Below, one piece after another: positions 12,950 to 26,759 of a stretch of 64,000 nucleotides of DNA. The notes beneath the pieces were generated by a model. It did no database searches. It saw nothing but the letters and a program-made list of their open reading frames with translations, and had not been told where the DNA came from. The DNA is from Callorhinchus milii. Its lineage: Eukaryota. A program made the translations under genes and the position numbers. Every line of letters starts with the position of its first letter. Within the stretch, counting starts at the first letter, position 1. The stretch spans positions 68,822,001 to 68,886,000 of the forward strand of contig NW_024704742.1 in the NCBI RefSeq assembly GCF_018977255.1. Reading direction: 5' to 3'.

Positions 12950-13200
12950 AAAACCCTTATGGTGCCTCGATGCCATCAATCACCTGCGGTAATCTCCCTG
13001 TAAGCAGAATTAATTAATGCTTTGGGAAAAAAGGTTTGCATCTTCTCATGCTGATTGACAGGCAGTTAACCCGAAATGACAGGGAAAAAGCTACAAGGTG
13101 GATTGGGGTCGTAATGTTTTGTGTTAAGAAAGGGGAAAAATCGACTTGGCGTGACAGTGAAAAGTGACAAGGGAACAAAAATGTAATGAACAGACAGCTA
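12950..13200. promoter_or_regulatory. Candidate TALE/HOX-dependent enhancer
   Basis: TGATTGATGG (minus, 12973-12982), TAATTAAT, TGATTGACAG (13052-13061), further TGACAG/TGACAA sites within about 200 bp. Confidence 0.5.
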
Positions 13201-14171
13201 CAGGAATCTAAAACAAAAAGAAGGATAATATAGGAAGAGCTCGCATATTATAGCGTCTTATTACATCGTCATAGTAAGTGCTGTCAGGTAGAGTGAGTGT
13301 TTCTATAGGCAAACACTGCAGCCCATTTATTATAATAATAATTCCTGCATTTGACGCAGTGCCTTAGCATGTCACACTTAACACAATTTTTACGGTAAGG
13401 TGTAGTGACTGTGCATTTGTAGGCAGACGTGACAGCCAATTTGCACACGGCAATGTCCAACGCACAGTTGTGAAGTTAATAGTCAATTTTATTTTATTTG
13501 GACTACTGTTGGCTGGGACTCCAAAAGATACATTCCTTCTCTTTCCAAGTAGAAACCTGGAACATTGCAATTGGCTGCCACGTTTCGTCAACAAAATATG
13601 AGGTCAATTTCCTTTATAGTATATTTTGTGAAGCACTTTCAGATCTCTCAACGACGTGATAAGGCTCTATATCAACTGAAAGGATTATTAGTAGCGCCAC
13701 AGGATCTTTAATATCCACCTGAATAACAACAACAACAAATTACATTTGTATAGCGCCTTTCATGTCAGGAGGATGTCCCAAGGCGTTGAACAGGTACCTA
13801 GGTTTAACATCTGATCGAAGGGATGGCACCTACAATAATACAGAGCACCTCCAGCACTGCACTGGAGTGTCAACCTCGACTGTGAGTTCCACGTCCCACA
13901 ACCTTCTGACTCAGAGATGACATTGCTACCCACTGAACCAGGCTGACACCTGTGTTGGCTAGAAACATTGAGAGAAATTCCTTCTCTTTTCAAATTGTAC
14001 CACAAGATCTTTAACATCCGCCTGAATAACGTCTCATCTAAACGTAGTTGTGGAGTCCCGTAGGGTAGAGGTTAGTGCGCTCGCATGGATGTTCTGGAAG
14101 GATAGGATCAGAATGGACCATTTTCACCTAAAACAATCTTGTGATCTTGTGGATGAATCTTGTGGATGTTT

Positions 14172-14394
14172 GGAGTCCTGTAGCTTTGTGATTAGAGTAT
14201 AGCTCCCGCAAGCGAGAGAACCCAGGTTCCATTCCAGGGAGGGGCGAAACCTTCGGTAAGTTTCCTTACTCCACACGCCTCTGTTTACCTAGCATTAAGT
14301 AGGAACCCAGTTGGTATTCAATTGGCGGACCAATTGCTTTGAGACGTCTCACCCATGCGATAATGCACTACAACAAATGCAGGGATTATTATTA
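14172..14394 (+). mobile_element. SINE family A with internal deletion
   Basis: Head, CORE-like block and tail present; Deu part missing; preceded by a CR1 tail (14088-14168). Confidence 0.8.
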
Positions 14395-14926
14395 ATATAA
14401 AATTGGAATAATTTTAAAACAAAAGGAAGAGAGGCATCAGTAGTACAGACAGATGTCACCCTGCGCTGAAAATTTCTATGTTCCCACATATCACTACAAC
14501 AGGCAGATCTTGGTCTAATGCTCATACAAAGGCCGGGCTTCCAGTTAAATGACCACTATTGAAATCTACAGCACTTTACAGATCACAGATACTGCAGACT
14601 CTGCAATAGACCTGCTTTGAATTGAAAGTCTCACCCCCAGGCTTTCAGTAATAACAGCAACGACTGAAAGATTATACAGTATTATGATTGACGTACCGTA
14701 CAGACCCAGCCTGCTCTCAATCAGTGGCCGTCAATGAAAAACCTTATCAAACAATTAGATGTCCTCTTAAGTTTCAGACGTGCTGGTAACTCATGAGAAA
14801 GGGTGCGTGTGACCTTATTATAACATTGTGAGCTCTACAGAAATGATCCACAATGGAGGAGAAAAAACCCTGTGTCAAGTAACTATCCCCCTACTGTTTA
14901 CTAAGCTTAACCGTGACAATGACTTT

Positions 14927-15368
14927 AATAATAATAATAATCCTTGCATTTAATATAAAGCCTTTACGTCATCTAGATTTCTCAAGGAGCTTCACAGTAA
15001 GTACTGTAAAGTGGATTGACTGTGACTGTGTATTTTGTTAGCAGCCAGTTGCGCACAGCAATATCCCACAAACAGCCATGGAGTGATTGACCGATTTTAT
15101 TTGGGGGATTGTTGGCCAGAGCACGATGAGAAACTCCCTTCTCTTTTCAAATAGTGCCGTGGGAGTTTTAACATCCACCTGAACAGGCAGACGGGACCTC
15201 GGTTTAAAGTCTCATCTGAAGGACAGCACCTCCGACAATGTTACAACCCCAAGCACCCTCATTAGAGTGCCAGCTTAGACTATTTTGGTTCCAAGTCCCA
15301 ATGTGGGACTTGTACCCACAACCTGCTGACTCAGAGGCGAGAGTGCTACCAACTGAGCCAGGTTGACA
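14927..15368 (-). mobile_element. SINE family B, full length
   Basis: Well preserved copy: A box TGGCTCAGTTGG, Deu domain, (ATT)n tail. Confidence 0.92.
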
Positions 15369-15825
15369 TACAATTTATGTGTGACTGACATTTATGCATC
15401 GCTTTGTCACACAAAAGAAACACTGTAAAGCTTTGTACAGATTAACATTTGTTAGAAATAACTTGAATGTTGGTACTCAGGCAAATGTGCTATGAGAATG
15501 CATATTGTTCACTGCTAGAAGCTATGGTTAAGTAAAAAGGATGCATATATTTAAGAGGAAGCTTGATACGTGCTTCGGAGAGTGGGGAATAGGGAATGGG
15601 TGGGTTAGTCTTGACTGAATTGCTAGCGCTTTGTCTCTGAGGCACCGGTCTGCTTCAGGTTCCCCATTCTACCCATCCCAGCACCAGCGGTCAGGCTTTC
15701 AGCCCATCTGCCCCCACTCTCTGAAACTCTATCCAAAGTCACCCCCAAATTCCCTCCCCCATTCTTCACACTGTTCAAAGTCCGTCTCAAGTTCTGCTTC
15801 TTTGACCATGCTTTCAATCATCTTT

Positions 15826-16158
15826 ATAATAAATAATAATCCTTGCATTTGATATAGCACCTCATCACATCTTCGAGATGTCTCAAAGTGCTTCACTACT
15901 GTAAAGTGAATTGACTGTATGTTTTCTTGCAAGAGAAATGCAACAGCCAATTGCGACAGCAGTATTCCACAACCAGTCATGGATTGAGTGACCAAATTAT
16001 TATTATTATTTAAGGGATTATTACCCCGATCTGCCAATCAACCAACAATCATTTCCTACTTACTGTTAGGTGAACAGAGGCTCGTAGAGTAAAGAAATTT
16101 GTCTAAAGGTTTGCCCCACCTGGGAATCGAACCCAGATCCTCTTGCTTGCAAGACAAG
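15826..16158 (-). mobile_element. SINE family A inserted in an L2 3' fragment (15620-15820 / 16160-16290, +)
   Basis: Reverse-complement match; L2 3' sequence resumes after it. Confidence 0.82.
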
Positions 16159-16764
16159 TTTTTCCCCTTCCCCACCCCCTCCCTTGGCTCCCACCCCTAG
16201 CTGGGGTGCCGAGCCAGTACTGTTAAATGACTTGGGACATCCTCCCAATGTTAAAGGTGATGCATAAATGTAAATTTTTGTATTGTAATGACAAAAAACA
16301 AACATTTCTATTATCAGACCTGAAAAAGACAGGAAATTCATTCCAATTCTATGGCTAATCAGTTGCTTAGCTCTTTAACACTCAGGTTTTACTGTGTGTT
16401 ACACTGGATCATCTGATTAGACTACTGAGTCTGTTAATAATTTTTACCCCTGTGTATAAAGAAAGAAAATGACATGCATTTTTATGTCTCCGAGTGCTTT
16501 GAAATAATTTACTGACTGTGTGTTCGTAGTCCCAGCTCAGCAGGCAATTTGCACAACGTGCAATCACATACACAGCCATGAGGTGAATGATCAACGAACA
16601 TCATTTTCCTACTTTTGAATAGGATCATGTCCTTTGGTAAGACATTAAATCCAAGGTCCTGTCTGCGGCCTGTTCAGGTGGACATTAAATTATTCACTTC
16701 AGGGCCACTTTCTCATTTGGTTCCTGTTAACCCTTCCATAATCCATAATCCTGACTGGGCTGTG

Positions 16765-17095
16765 TGGTCCTAGCTGGACAAGCAATGGAAAGCTTGCCAG
16801 ACAGCGATATCAATGGCAAGCTATGCAGTTTTAGCTGGTTAGATTCCAGCAGTTACCCTAACACACACTCTGGGGTCCCCAAGGGGCCTATAACCAACCT
16901 GCATTTAAATTTTCCGGAATTAGGTAATCCGAATGTGTCCCTCCAGGGAGACAGTGCACATTCCATTCCAGACACAGGGAAATTTACATATGTAGACATA
17001 TGCATACATATGTGGAACTCTCAGTCTGATTTGAACACTCTTAAGACCATTGATGGGCTTCCGAATTTGTCAGACACCTGGCTGACCAAAAAAAA
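16765..17095 (-). mobile_element. Unclassified element X, partial
   Basis: Core plus hairpin/A-run end GTCAGACACCTGGCTGACC(A)n. Confidence 0.85.
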
Positions 17096-17114
17096 GGCTT
17101 TTTGTGAGACACGG

Positions 17115-17420
17115 CTGCACAAATTTTATACACCTCTACGATGTGCCTTCTGAACTATCCCCTCTCAAGACTGAAGATCCCTAGCTCATCCAGTGGTTGC
17201 TCATCATTGCTCTTGGGCCTGGAGAGATGTCACGGTGACCAGGACTGACCAGAGCCCTGTAAAGCCTGAGAATGACATCTGGGGATCTAAACCTAATTGA
17301 TTTAGTAATACAGCCCAGCTTCCTGTTTGCCTTGTTTATTGCTGCCTCATACTGTTCTGGCATAGTGTGCGATGAGTCAACTAACACTCCTGGATCTGTT
17401 TCAGCTTTCTCCTTAGCAAG
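17115..17420 (-). mobile_element. CR1 LINE ORF2 fragment
   Basis: LVDSSHTMPEQYEAAINKANRKLGCITKSIRFRSPDVILRLYRALV and LDELGIFSLERG: typical CR1 post-RT region. Confidence 0.88.
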
Positions 17421-17424
17421 TTAT

Positions 17425-17748
17425 AGCTTCAGTCTTGAAAGGAAATATCTAAGAGGGACCTTATAACATTTAAAATGAGATTGAAAAAGTAAACCCAGAA
17501 GAGTACTTTGTTGGATGCATCAAGACAGTAGAATAAGAGGACACAGGTTTAGCGTTGCAAAGGGCGATTTTAGGTCATTAACAATTGAATGGGTTACAGG
17601 AGGCTGGCTGAGGCCACGATACTGGGGACTCATTTTTTTTTAAAAAAGTAGCTTGATATTATGATGGGAAGATGGTAGTATGGGCTGTTCTGGAAGGATA
17701 AGATTAGAATGGGTCTTTTTCATCTAAAACAATCTTGTGATCTTGTGA
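17425..17748 (+). mobile_element. CR1 LINE 3' fragment with (ATCTTGTG)n end
   Basis: FSLERKYLRGDL, RIRGHRF, then octamer terminal repeat. Confidence 0.82.
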
Positions 17749-17754
17749 ATGATT

Positions 17755-18110
17755 GGAGTTCTGTAGCTTAGTGGTTGGTGCATTCGCCTCACAAGTGAAA
17801 GGACCTGGATTTGATTGCTGGGCAAGGTGAAACCTTAACCAAGTTTCCTTACTCCACACGCCTCTATTTACCTCGATTGGCGGATTGCTTTTCCAGGTGT
17901 TATAATCCCTTCAAAAATGTAAAATAATAATAATAATTTAGTCACTCAAATCATGACTGTTTGTGGGGCACTGCTGTGCCCAATTGGCTGCCGCATTTCA
18001 ACCACAAAATATACAGTCAATTCATTTTAAAGTATATTCTATGAAGCACTTTGAAACATCTCAACAATGTGGTAAAGCGCTATATCAATTGCAAGGATTA
18101 TTATTATTAT
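17755..18110 (+). mobile_element. SINE family A
   Basis: Head to (ATT)n tail. Confidence 0.9.
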
Positions 18111-18854
18111 GCAGGGTGCCCTTGGCTCATTTGATCTCATCCTTTCAGAATATCCACCTGACTTCTGCCCATGATAGTATTGAGCTGTACACCCATTACA
18201 GTAGTTAATTACACTCTTGGTAATAAAATACTTCCTGGTGTCTGTCTTGAAACATGCCGATATGTAGAAGATACATTTATACACATGCCATGCTTATATA
18301 AGAGATGGATGTGAAGGGGTCATACAGCAAATTCCAAAGTATGAAAATATGGAAGGTTGAAATTGCAAATATGAGATTAAAAAAAACAGTAGGGTTTTAA
18401 TGTATCTATCAGCCACTTGGCTAATCCATTCCAAAAAGAAAAATCCATTTAAATTCAATGGATCATTTCAATTTCTGTGGACTTGAAGCAAATCTCTTCT
18501 TATAAACCTTTTAGCCTATTGACTAATCTCTTTACTGTGATACAGGGGAATGATTTCCCAGCCAGAATTAGAAAGAGAATCATATATCTGCCTAGCAGGT
18601 TTTCATTTAAAGGGGACCTATTTCTTGCCGGGGAGGCAATTTTGTGGAAGCTTTCTTACATCAAAAGACACTCTTCACAGCTTACTATCAATTCTGGCTG
18701 GCTCTGTGTGTAGCACTCCTGCCTCTGAATCAGAAGGCTGTGGTTTCAAGCCTGATTTTGGAACTCTTAGCTCCTTGTCTAGACTAACGCTTCATTGAAG
18801 TGCTCGGGAAGCAACGCATTGTCGGAGGTGCGGTCCCTCTGATTAAATATTGCT

Positions 18855-19203
18855 AATAATGTTCCTTATATTTGATATAGCATCTTTTCACAGTCTCAAA
18901 GCACTTCACAGAATACGTTGCAAAGTGCAAAGTAAATTGACTGTGTATTTTGTGGGCGAAATGCAGCAGCCAATTGCGCACAGCAGTGTCCCTTAGACAG
19001 TTGTAGATTGAGTGGCCAAATATTTTTTTGAAGGGATTACCACCAGAAAAATGATCCGCCAATTGACTAACAACCGGGTTCCTACTTATGGCTAGGCGTG
19101 TGGAGTAAGGAAATTTGCCTAAGGTTTCACCCTGTTTGGGAATTGAACCCAGATCCTATTGCTTTGTGAAACGAGTGCTCTCGCCCCTAAACTACAGGAG
19201 TCC
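18855..19203 (-). mobile_element. SINE family A
   Basis: Reverse-complement match. Confidence 0.88.
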
Positions 19204-19744
19204 ACCTGCAAGACAAAGCCCTAACAGGTAGGGTAGTTCTAGCTGGACAAGCAGTGAGAAAGCTTGCCAGTCAGTGATATCAATGTCAAGCTATGCTATT
19301 TTAGCTGATTAGCCTCCAGCACTTACCCCATTGCACACTGTGGATCCCCAAGCCTTGGCTCTTACAAATTTGCGCTGAATGCTTTCTGGAATCAGGTAAG
19401 CAGAATGTATTATCCCAGGCTCCTGCTTTTGTTTCTTCCCAAAGTGATTTGGCGGATAACTTATTGACAGAGAACGGGAAGCTCAAAGCTTCCTGTGACG
19501 GAATCTAAAAATAAACCCTCTTTATTAATTTAGTCACCTCTATGGGTTAGGAACACAGGCCTTTAGTAAAATAGGAAACCAGGATTGTACCAATACTTTG
19601 GTACAAAGGAACACACACACACACACACATAACACACATGGCAACAGCAACTCGTGGTTATTAAGCACCCTTCATGTAGGGCAGCGTCTTGTGCGTTTTA
19701 CAAGGATGAGATTGCACACTGAACAAGGGAGAGAGGGGTGGAAG

Positions 19745-20115
19745 ATAATAATAATAATAATAATCCTTGCATTTGATACACCTTCGAGACATTTCAAAAC
19801 GCTTCACAGAATATACTGTAAAGTGAATTGACTGTATATTTTGTGGGTGAAACGCAGCAGCCAATTGCATACAGCAGTGTCCCACAAACAATTGTGATTT
19901 GAGTGACCAAATTCTTCTTCTTATTTCTTTAAAGGATTATTGTCCCCAGAAAAACAATGCATCAATTGGCTAACAACCATGTTCCTACTTACTGTTAGGT
20001 AAATAGAGTCGTGTGGAGTAAGGAAACTTGCCCAATGTTTCACCCCACCCGGGAATCGAACCCAGGTCCTCTCACTTGCGAGGCAAGTGTTCTAACCACT
20101 AAGCTCTAGGACTCC
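19745..20115 (-). mobile_element. SINE family A, full length
   Basis: Reverse-complement match from head to tail. Confidence 0.9.
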
Positions 20116-20149
20116 ACGATGAGGGAGATGGCCCTCTGTGGTAGTCTTG

Positions 20150-20605
20150 ATACCCCAGTTTCTGAGCAAGGTGGGTCTTCAGGATTCCAGGGCATCCCAA
20201 CCAACCTGGTTTATCAGTCTGTCAGAGATACAGACTGGTCACTGGGGCAAGAATTCTCCCTACTCACCTTCTGTTAACCCTGCAAGCTAAAGCGCTCTCT
20301 GGTAGTGTGGTCCTAGCTGGATAAGCAGTGGGAAGCTAGCCAGATAGTGCCCTCACAGGCAAGCTGTGCAGGTTTAGCGGGTTAGACTCCACCAGTACCC
20401 TAACACACTCTGATAATATGCCCAATACTCTCCAGAAATAGGTAAGAAGGATGCAACTGTCGAAGGAGAGAGTGCGCATTCTGTTCCAACACATGGGAAT
20501 TTCCATGCGTAGGTGGGATATATGGAGCTCAGTCTGGTTTGGATAATCTTAAGCATGCTGATGTCAGACAGCTGTGTTTGTCAGACAGCCCGCTGACCAA
20601 AAAAA
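20150..20605 (-). mobile_element. Unclassified element X
   Basis: Core blocks and GTCAGACAGCCCGCTGACC(A)n end. Confidence 0.8.
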
Positions 20606-20779
20606 TTTTCTCCTTCATTATTTGAAGCAGTGACATTTTACAATTAGCCTGATTATGTAAGCACAAAGTGATTTGATTAACAAGTTTGATACTAGGGATG
20701 AGAGGCTTTGTTAACAAAGAGAGACTGAGGCAGTTTTCACTGCAACAGAACAGGCTGAGAGTAGGCATGAAAGAAATGT

Positions 20780-21100
20780 TATAATAATAATATTCCTTTC
20801 ATTTGATCTAGCACCTTTCACATCAACGAGGTCTCAATATACATCACAGGATATTGTGTAAAGTAGATTGACTGTGCATTCTGTGGGTGAAATGCAGCAG
20901 CCGATTGCTTCAGAAGTGTCCCACAAACAGTCCTGGATATGTGATCAAAATTTAAAAAAAAACATTTGGGGAGGCATTATTACCCCTGGATAATGATTCA
21001 CCAATTGACTAACAACTGGGTTCCAAAGGTTATGCCTTGTCTGGGAATCGAACCCGGGTCCTCTCACTTGTGAGGCGAGTGCACTAACCACTACACTACA
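20780..21100 (-). mobile_element. SINE family A with internal deletion
   Basis: Reverse-complement match. Confidence 0.85.
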
Positions 21101-21209
21101 GTGTTTCCATTTACAAGGGGCTTTCAATAAAGTAAATAGGGAGAAACTACTTCCGCTTCATTGAGCCAGCAATTAGCAGCCATTAATTGAACAGCATTAC
21201 CAAAAATAT

Positions 21210-21535
21210 TTTTTTGGTCAGTTGCATGTCTGACACATGTGGAAATCCATCCCCATGCTTAAGAGTATCCAAACCAAACAGAAGTACACAAATGGATCTC
21301 ACCTACACATGGAAATTTTCTTTGGGTTTGAAATGTAAATGCACACTCTCCCCCAGAGATCCTGCTCACCTAATTCTGGCAAATATTGGGCACAGGTTCA
21401 CGAGAACCAAGGCTTGGGAAGCCCACAGTTTATATCGGGGTACTTCTGGAGTCTAACCAGCTAAAATCACACAGCTTGCCAATGAGAGCACTTCTTGGCA
21501 AGCTTTCCCACTGCTGGTCCAGCTTAGACCACTCT
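21210..21535 (+). mobile_element. Unclassified element X, partial, within a CR1 remnant
   Basis: Starts TTTTGGTCAGTTGCATGTCTGACA; CR1-like sequence at ~21110-21200 and ~21700-21985. Confidence 0.8.
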
Positions 21536-23734
21536 ATTGTGGAATGCCCAGGGCATAACCTTAGGAAGTATCCAACTCCACTCCCCTATGTTTATCAAGC
21601 AGTAAGTAGGAACCCAGTTGTTAGTCAATTGAGGAATCGTTATCCAGGGGTAATAATGCCTCCCCAAATGTTTTTTTTAAATTTTGGTCACATATCCAGT
21701 GAGTGGTTGAACCAGAATCAATAGTAGCTTTTTAACAGGGAACTAGACAAATAGATAATGAGAGGGTAATAATAATAGTAATCCTAGCATTTGATTTATC
21801 AAGCTGTCACAGTGTCTCAAAGCGTATGACAAGATTTACTATAAAGTGTAGTGACTGTGTATTTACAGGCAGTACAGGGAAGGGGAAAGGGCAAGGGAGT
21901 GGGACTAGACGGAGGTATCTTTCAGAAAGCTAGCAAGACACGATGGGCTGAATGGCCTTCTTCTGTGCTGCTCATTCTATGGGTAAATGTTTTTGGGGTA
22001 AATACTCAGGTTTGATGTAACACCTACTTCATTGAAATGTCTTGAAGCTCTTTACAGAGTGTTCTGTTCAGAGCACAGTCTCTATATGTAGGTGAACAAG
22101 GCAACTGATTTACACAGTACAGTCCGCCAGCAATAGCCATAAAGTGAATGATCAATTTTATCTGCTCCCAGAGAAACTGCCATCAGCTTTTGAAATAGTC
22201 CTATGAGACCTTTAATGCATTTCAAGATGTTACCCTGCATAGAGGGCACTTTATAAAGGCAAGTTATCAGTGGTCAACATTCGCCCTAACAGACAGGTTT
22301 AACATTTCATCACTTCCCTTTTTCAATAGCGCCATGGGATCCTTAACACTCACCTGAACATTCAAATGGACCTTTAACGGCTGATCTGAAGGACAACATC
22401 TCTGACAATACAGCTCCTCCCTCCCAACCCCCCTCCGAACATTGCATTAGAGTGTGAGCCTAGACTATATCAATTCAAAGTCCTGACATGAGGATTGAAC
22501 CTACAGCCTTCTGACCCAGAGGCGAGAGTGCTAACACCTGAGCCGGGTGAGTTTTTAATATAAAAACATGTGGTACTGCAGAGGACCGCTCCTTATACAG
22601 TAGTTTTGGATCTAAATGACACTCTAATCCAGTTCTAAGATGTATTTTTACAGTAAAGTGATTAAAATAATTGTCAGCTACTTCAGGAGGGCTGTTAGCA
22701 CAGAATGATGCCTTGCATCGCTGACACTGGGCTTGCATAACCTGCTGTGATTTATATCCGCTTTTATTAAAACAAGGCAGAATGAATTTATTCTGTTGTC
22801 AGGGCACACACGGATATGCACACGTTCCACAATGGATTGAGGTAAGCTACGAATGAAGCATGGTGTACTCAGCGAGCCAATTATCCCACAGCACATTTTT
22901 GTGAATGATTTTGAACATTACTCAAGCTTTCCCACACTGTGACTGAGCCTCAGCGGGTAAAGAACTGAAGCACAAAACCTCGCAGAGCAGGCTGTTAAGT
23001 CCCGTCCCATGTGGCTGTGTTATAGTCCAGGAGATTAATTTGTAGAAACAAACACACACACATGGATACACACACATACACACAGATGTACACACACACA
23101 TTCTGCCCATACGTACACTCACATATTATGCGCTCACATAAACACACACAAATGCACCTCCAAATTCTCCACGTATGTATGTCACCTCCATGTGTAAATT
23201 GCCCTGTGTGGAATGGAATGTGCACTCACTTCCTGGGAGGATATATCCTGCTTACCTAATTCCAGAGAATATTAGGCGTAAGTCAGTGAGAGCCAAGGTT
23301 CTTAAGCATGGTAAAGGGTTTCCATCTGTGTTACATATCTGGCTGACTTAATGACCCACTTTGAGATATTTTCCTATTTCTTCCTAACTCTCTGCACCCT
23401 GCTTTGACAGCTTCTTTAGAGATGCACACTTTACAATTTATCATGCAAAAACATCTCGACAATGTGATATCAAGTGCAAAGATTACTTTTATTATTATTA
23501 TATTCCTGCAGCATTTCAGAGAGGAGAATTTTTCAATCCTGTTTAAAATGTTATACACATCTCTACAAGGTCTCCTCTGAGATGTTTTCTCCCTAAGCCA
23601 AAAAGCAACTACAATTAGTTGATGTTGGTTTATTACAATACAATTTGCAGTTATACAGTGTCTTTCATGGTGGGAGGATGTCTCAAACCACTTCACACTG
23701 AGCACAGGAATGCAGTGCACTTGGGGCTTGAATC

Positions 23735-24503
23735 CATAGATGCACACTCCACCTCACTGAGCCAGTCCCGGAACTTTAGTGTCTTGTTTGACCCTCAACT
23801 GTCCTTTCTCCCCACATCTGTGCCATGACCCGCTCTGCCTTCCCCCACCTCCGCAACATCATCCAGATCTGGCACTGCCTCACCCCTCAGGCCACTGAAA
23901 CCCTCATCCACGCATTCATCACATATAGACTCGACTACGCCAACTCCCTGCTTATCGGCTTCCTAACTCTTCTCTCCACAAGCAGCAGATTATCCAGAAC
24001 TCTGCAGCTCGTGTCCTTTCCTGCACTAGGCTCCATGACTCCATCACTTCCACCCTTGCCCAGCTCCACTGACTCTCCATCCCTCAGAGGATAGAGCTCA
24101 AAATCCTCGTACTCACCTTCAAAGCCCTCCATGGCCTTGGTCCCTCCTATCTCGCCGACCTGCTAACCCCTCATCAACCTTTCCACTCCCTCCATTCAGC
24201 AGGCTCTTGGCTGCTCCATGTCCCCCACACTGCCCACCCCACCATCGGTGGTCAGTCCTGACCCTTTGGAACTCCATCTCATATTCCCTTTGGCTCACTC
24301 CCTCCCTTGTCTCCTTCAAGGCCTGTCTCAAGACCTTCCTCTGTGACCGTGCCTTCGACCACCCTCCTACCCTGTCCTCCATCCTCCCTTACCCTGACTC
24401 CGCTCCCCCCTGCTGAGGCCAAATCCTTGACTATCGAGCATCTTGGGACGTCCTTCCAATGTGAAAGGCGCTATACAAATGTAATTTTGTATTGTATTGT
24501 ATT
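23735..24503 (+). mobile_element. L2 LINE 3' fragment
   Basis: TRSAFPHLRNI..ETLIHAFITYRLDYANSLL..LWNSI..FKACLKTFL; stem-loop tail and (TTGTA)n end. Confidence 0.93.
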
Positions 24504-24774
24504 GAATGATGACTGAAAGCAAGGTTAAATAAGTATATTGAGGCAGTCTTTGAATGTTCTTAATACGTTGAGTCCTGTAGCCTATTGATTGGCAAGTTAT
24601 GCTATCAGTCTCTATGTAGGAAGAGCATTTGTCTCACAAGTGAGAGGACTTGGGTTCGATTCCCAGGCAGGGCAAAACCTTAAGCAACGCCTCTGTTTAC
24701 CTAGCAGTAAGTAGTAACCTGGTTGTTAGTCAATTGGCAGATCGCATTCCAGGGGTAATAATTGTATTACCTTA

Positions 24775-25112
24775 GTAAACGAGAGACAATTTGGGTTCAA
24801 TTCCTGAAAGGATGAAATATTGGGCAAGTTTCCTTACTCCATACACCTCTGTTTACTTAGCTGTAAGTAGGAACCTGGTTATTAGTCGACTGGCGGACTG
24901 TTTTTCCTGGGGTAATAATTCCTTAAAAAAAAAAAAATTGTTCACTCAATCCACGATTGTTTGTGGGACACTGCTGTAGGCAATTGGCTGCCGCATTTCG
25001 CCCACAAAATATACAGGAAAATCTCTTTACAGTATATTTTGTGAAGCACTTTGAGACGTCTCAAAGATGCGATAAGGCGCAATATGAAATGCAAGGATTA
25101 TTATTATTATAA
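24775..25112 (+). mobile_element. SINE family A (second head fragment at 24570-24760)
   Basis: B box to tail. Confidence 0.85.
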
Positions 25113-25920
25113 TTGTTACTATAAGCGGGATTTGCATTGGAATTTTTGAAATTCCTTTTTGCTCAATCAGTGAACAAAGTTAAAGAAATGGGCTGGAGCA
25201 GGGAGCTGAGGTTGACAGTGTGAAGGGATGAAATTGACACAGTTATATGTGATGATTGATTATCAGAGATACCCATAATAATGACCTATCTCTCTCTCTC
25301 TCTCTCTCTCTCCCCTTATGTGAATTCAGTCCACCCACACTATTCAGCTCACTGACTCCTTCGAGCTCGTTTCTTTCATGAGCATTATCGTATAAATTGC
25401 AGGACAGAAAGAGGTTGTTTGAGCTTATGCTGCTGCCTACTCCCACATTACAGCAACTCAAATTACCCAATCCCACCTCCATTGCTCTTTCCCCTTGTTC
25501 CTTTTATATTGTTTCCCTCGCTGTTGAACGAAAAAACACCAGCGGCTAAATTGCACTATTTCTTAGCAGATTTCTTAATACGAAACGTGCAACTATGCAA
25601 CATGCTCAATAATAATAATAATCCTGTGTTTCTTATAGTTCATACAATATTGACACATTTCAAAGTGGTTTCTGTAACAAGAACAACTTGCATTTATATA
25701 GTGCCCTTCACAGAGTGTAGTATCGCTGAGAGCTTTCTGTAAAGTGTAGTGACTGTTTTGTGGCAGTCAGTTTGTTGCAACATCATCCCACAAACCTCCA
25801 TAAATCATCAATTTTATTTGTGGGTTTGTTGGCCAGGGCACGGGGGGCGGAGGGGGGGGGAATTCTCTTCTCACAGGATCTTTAGTATCCACTTGAACAG
25901 GCACAGAGTGGACCTCATCT

Positions 25921-26759
<839 letters not shown>

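Noticed and set aside
17115..17748. Twin-priming 5' inversion of one CR1
   Set aside because: Both oppositely oriented pieces contain the same FSLE region in diverged form, so they look like separate fragments
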